From Patescibacteria group bacterium (lineage in GTDB: Bacteria; Patescibacteriota; Patescibacteriia; Patescibacteriales; WJLG01): a stretch of DNA of 64,000 bases. Location: the NCBI GenBank assembly GCA_028707065.1, contig JAQTUZ010000003.1, forward strand, positions 2,501-66,500. The letters run 5' to 3'. Position numbers and translations under genes: made by a program. The number at the start of each line of letters is the position of its first letter. Position 1 is the stretch's first letter. Under the pieces are notes generated by a model that worked only from the letters and a program-made list of their open reading frames with translations, was not told where the DNA came from and made no database searches. Below are positions 63,959-64,000 of the stretch, piece after piece.

Positions 63959-64000
63959 CATATCCTTTAATTACTATAAAAAGCCGTTATTTCTGTTTGA

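Overview
This 64-kb window holds about 60 supportable protein-coding genes. I could not recognise any rRNA, tRNA or CRISPR array. Most genes are housekeeping. Translation genes are metG, serS, lysS, gltX, ribosomal proteins L27/L31/L25, prfA with prmC, tsaC and rsmI. Also present are pyrG, gyrB, greA and lower glycolysis (pgk, gpmI, eno). Division and envelope genes include ftsQ, a rodA/ftsW-type gene, M23 and S41 peptidases, and a four-gene glycan locus on the minus strand. There is also a membrane-anchored Clp-type AAA+ ATPase. The tight packing, many small orphan membrane or secreted proteins, core genes without Shine-Dalgarno (SD) sequences and AT-rich spacers resemble small-genome uncultivated bacteria (Patescibacteria/CPR-like); this is inference only. 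Seven things stand out. (1) A modular GC-rich palindromic repeat family is mostly intergenic but also sits in frame inside metG (two sites), gyrB and pgk, and on the 5' end of tsaC, similar in style to Rickettsia palindromic elements. (2) A four-helix-bundle (23S-IVS/Avd-type) gene is bracketed by 30-bp near-perfect inverted repeats and wedged exactly between the ctp stop and the pyrG start; a cargo-less version of the same hairpin lies elsewhere in the window. (3) A very AT-rich island carries an operon of tyrosine recombinase, a PD-(D/E)xK-like protein and a second, divergent tyrosine recombinase. (4) Two long non-coding spacers (lysS-greA, and a 1-kb split of the normally adjacent prfA-prmC pair) contain small ORFs whose SD is sequestered in a hairpin, minus-strand terminators, a roughly 180-bp polypurine tract and a possible reduced RNase P RNA. 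(5) Expression signals fall into two classes: orphan small genes have TTGACA-17-TATACT promoters plus AAGGAGG, whereas core genes have no SD and are preceded by ATAATTTATAATTT-type repeats. (6) Several domain architectures are unusual: a DnaJ-type zinc finger and TM segments fused to a Clp ATPase, a VanZ-QueH fusion, a truncated tandem iPGM paralog, an HtrA-like protein without its catalytic triad, and a bacterial Kazal domain. (7) Nearly every intergenic spacer is filled by a hairpin built from short word repeats. All functional calls come from motif recognition by eye; no database search was run.
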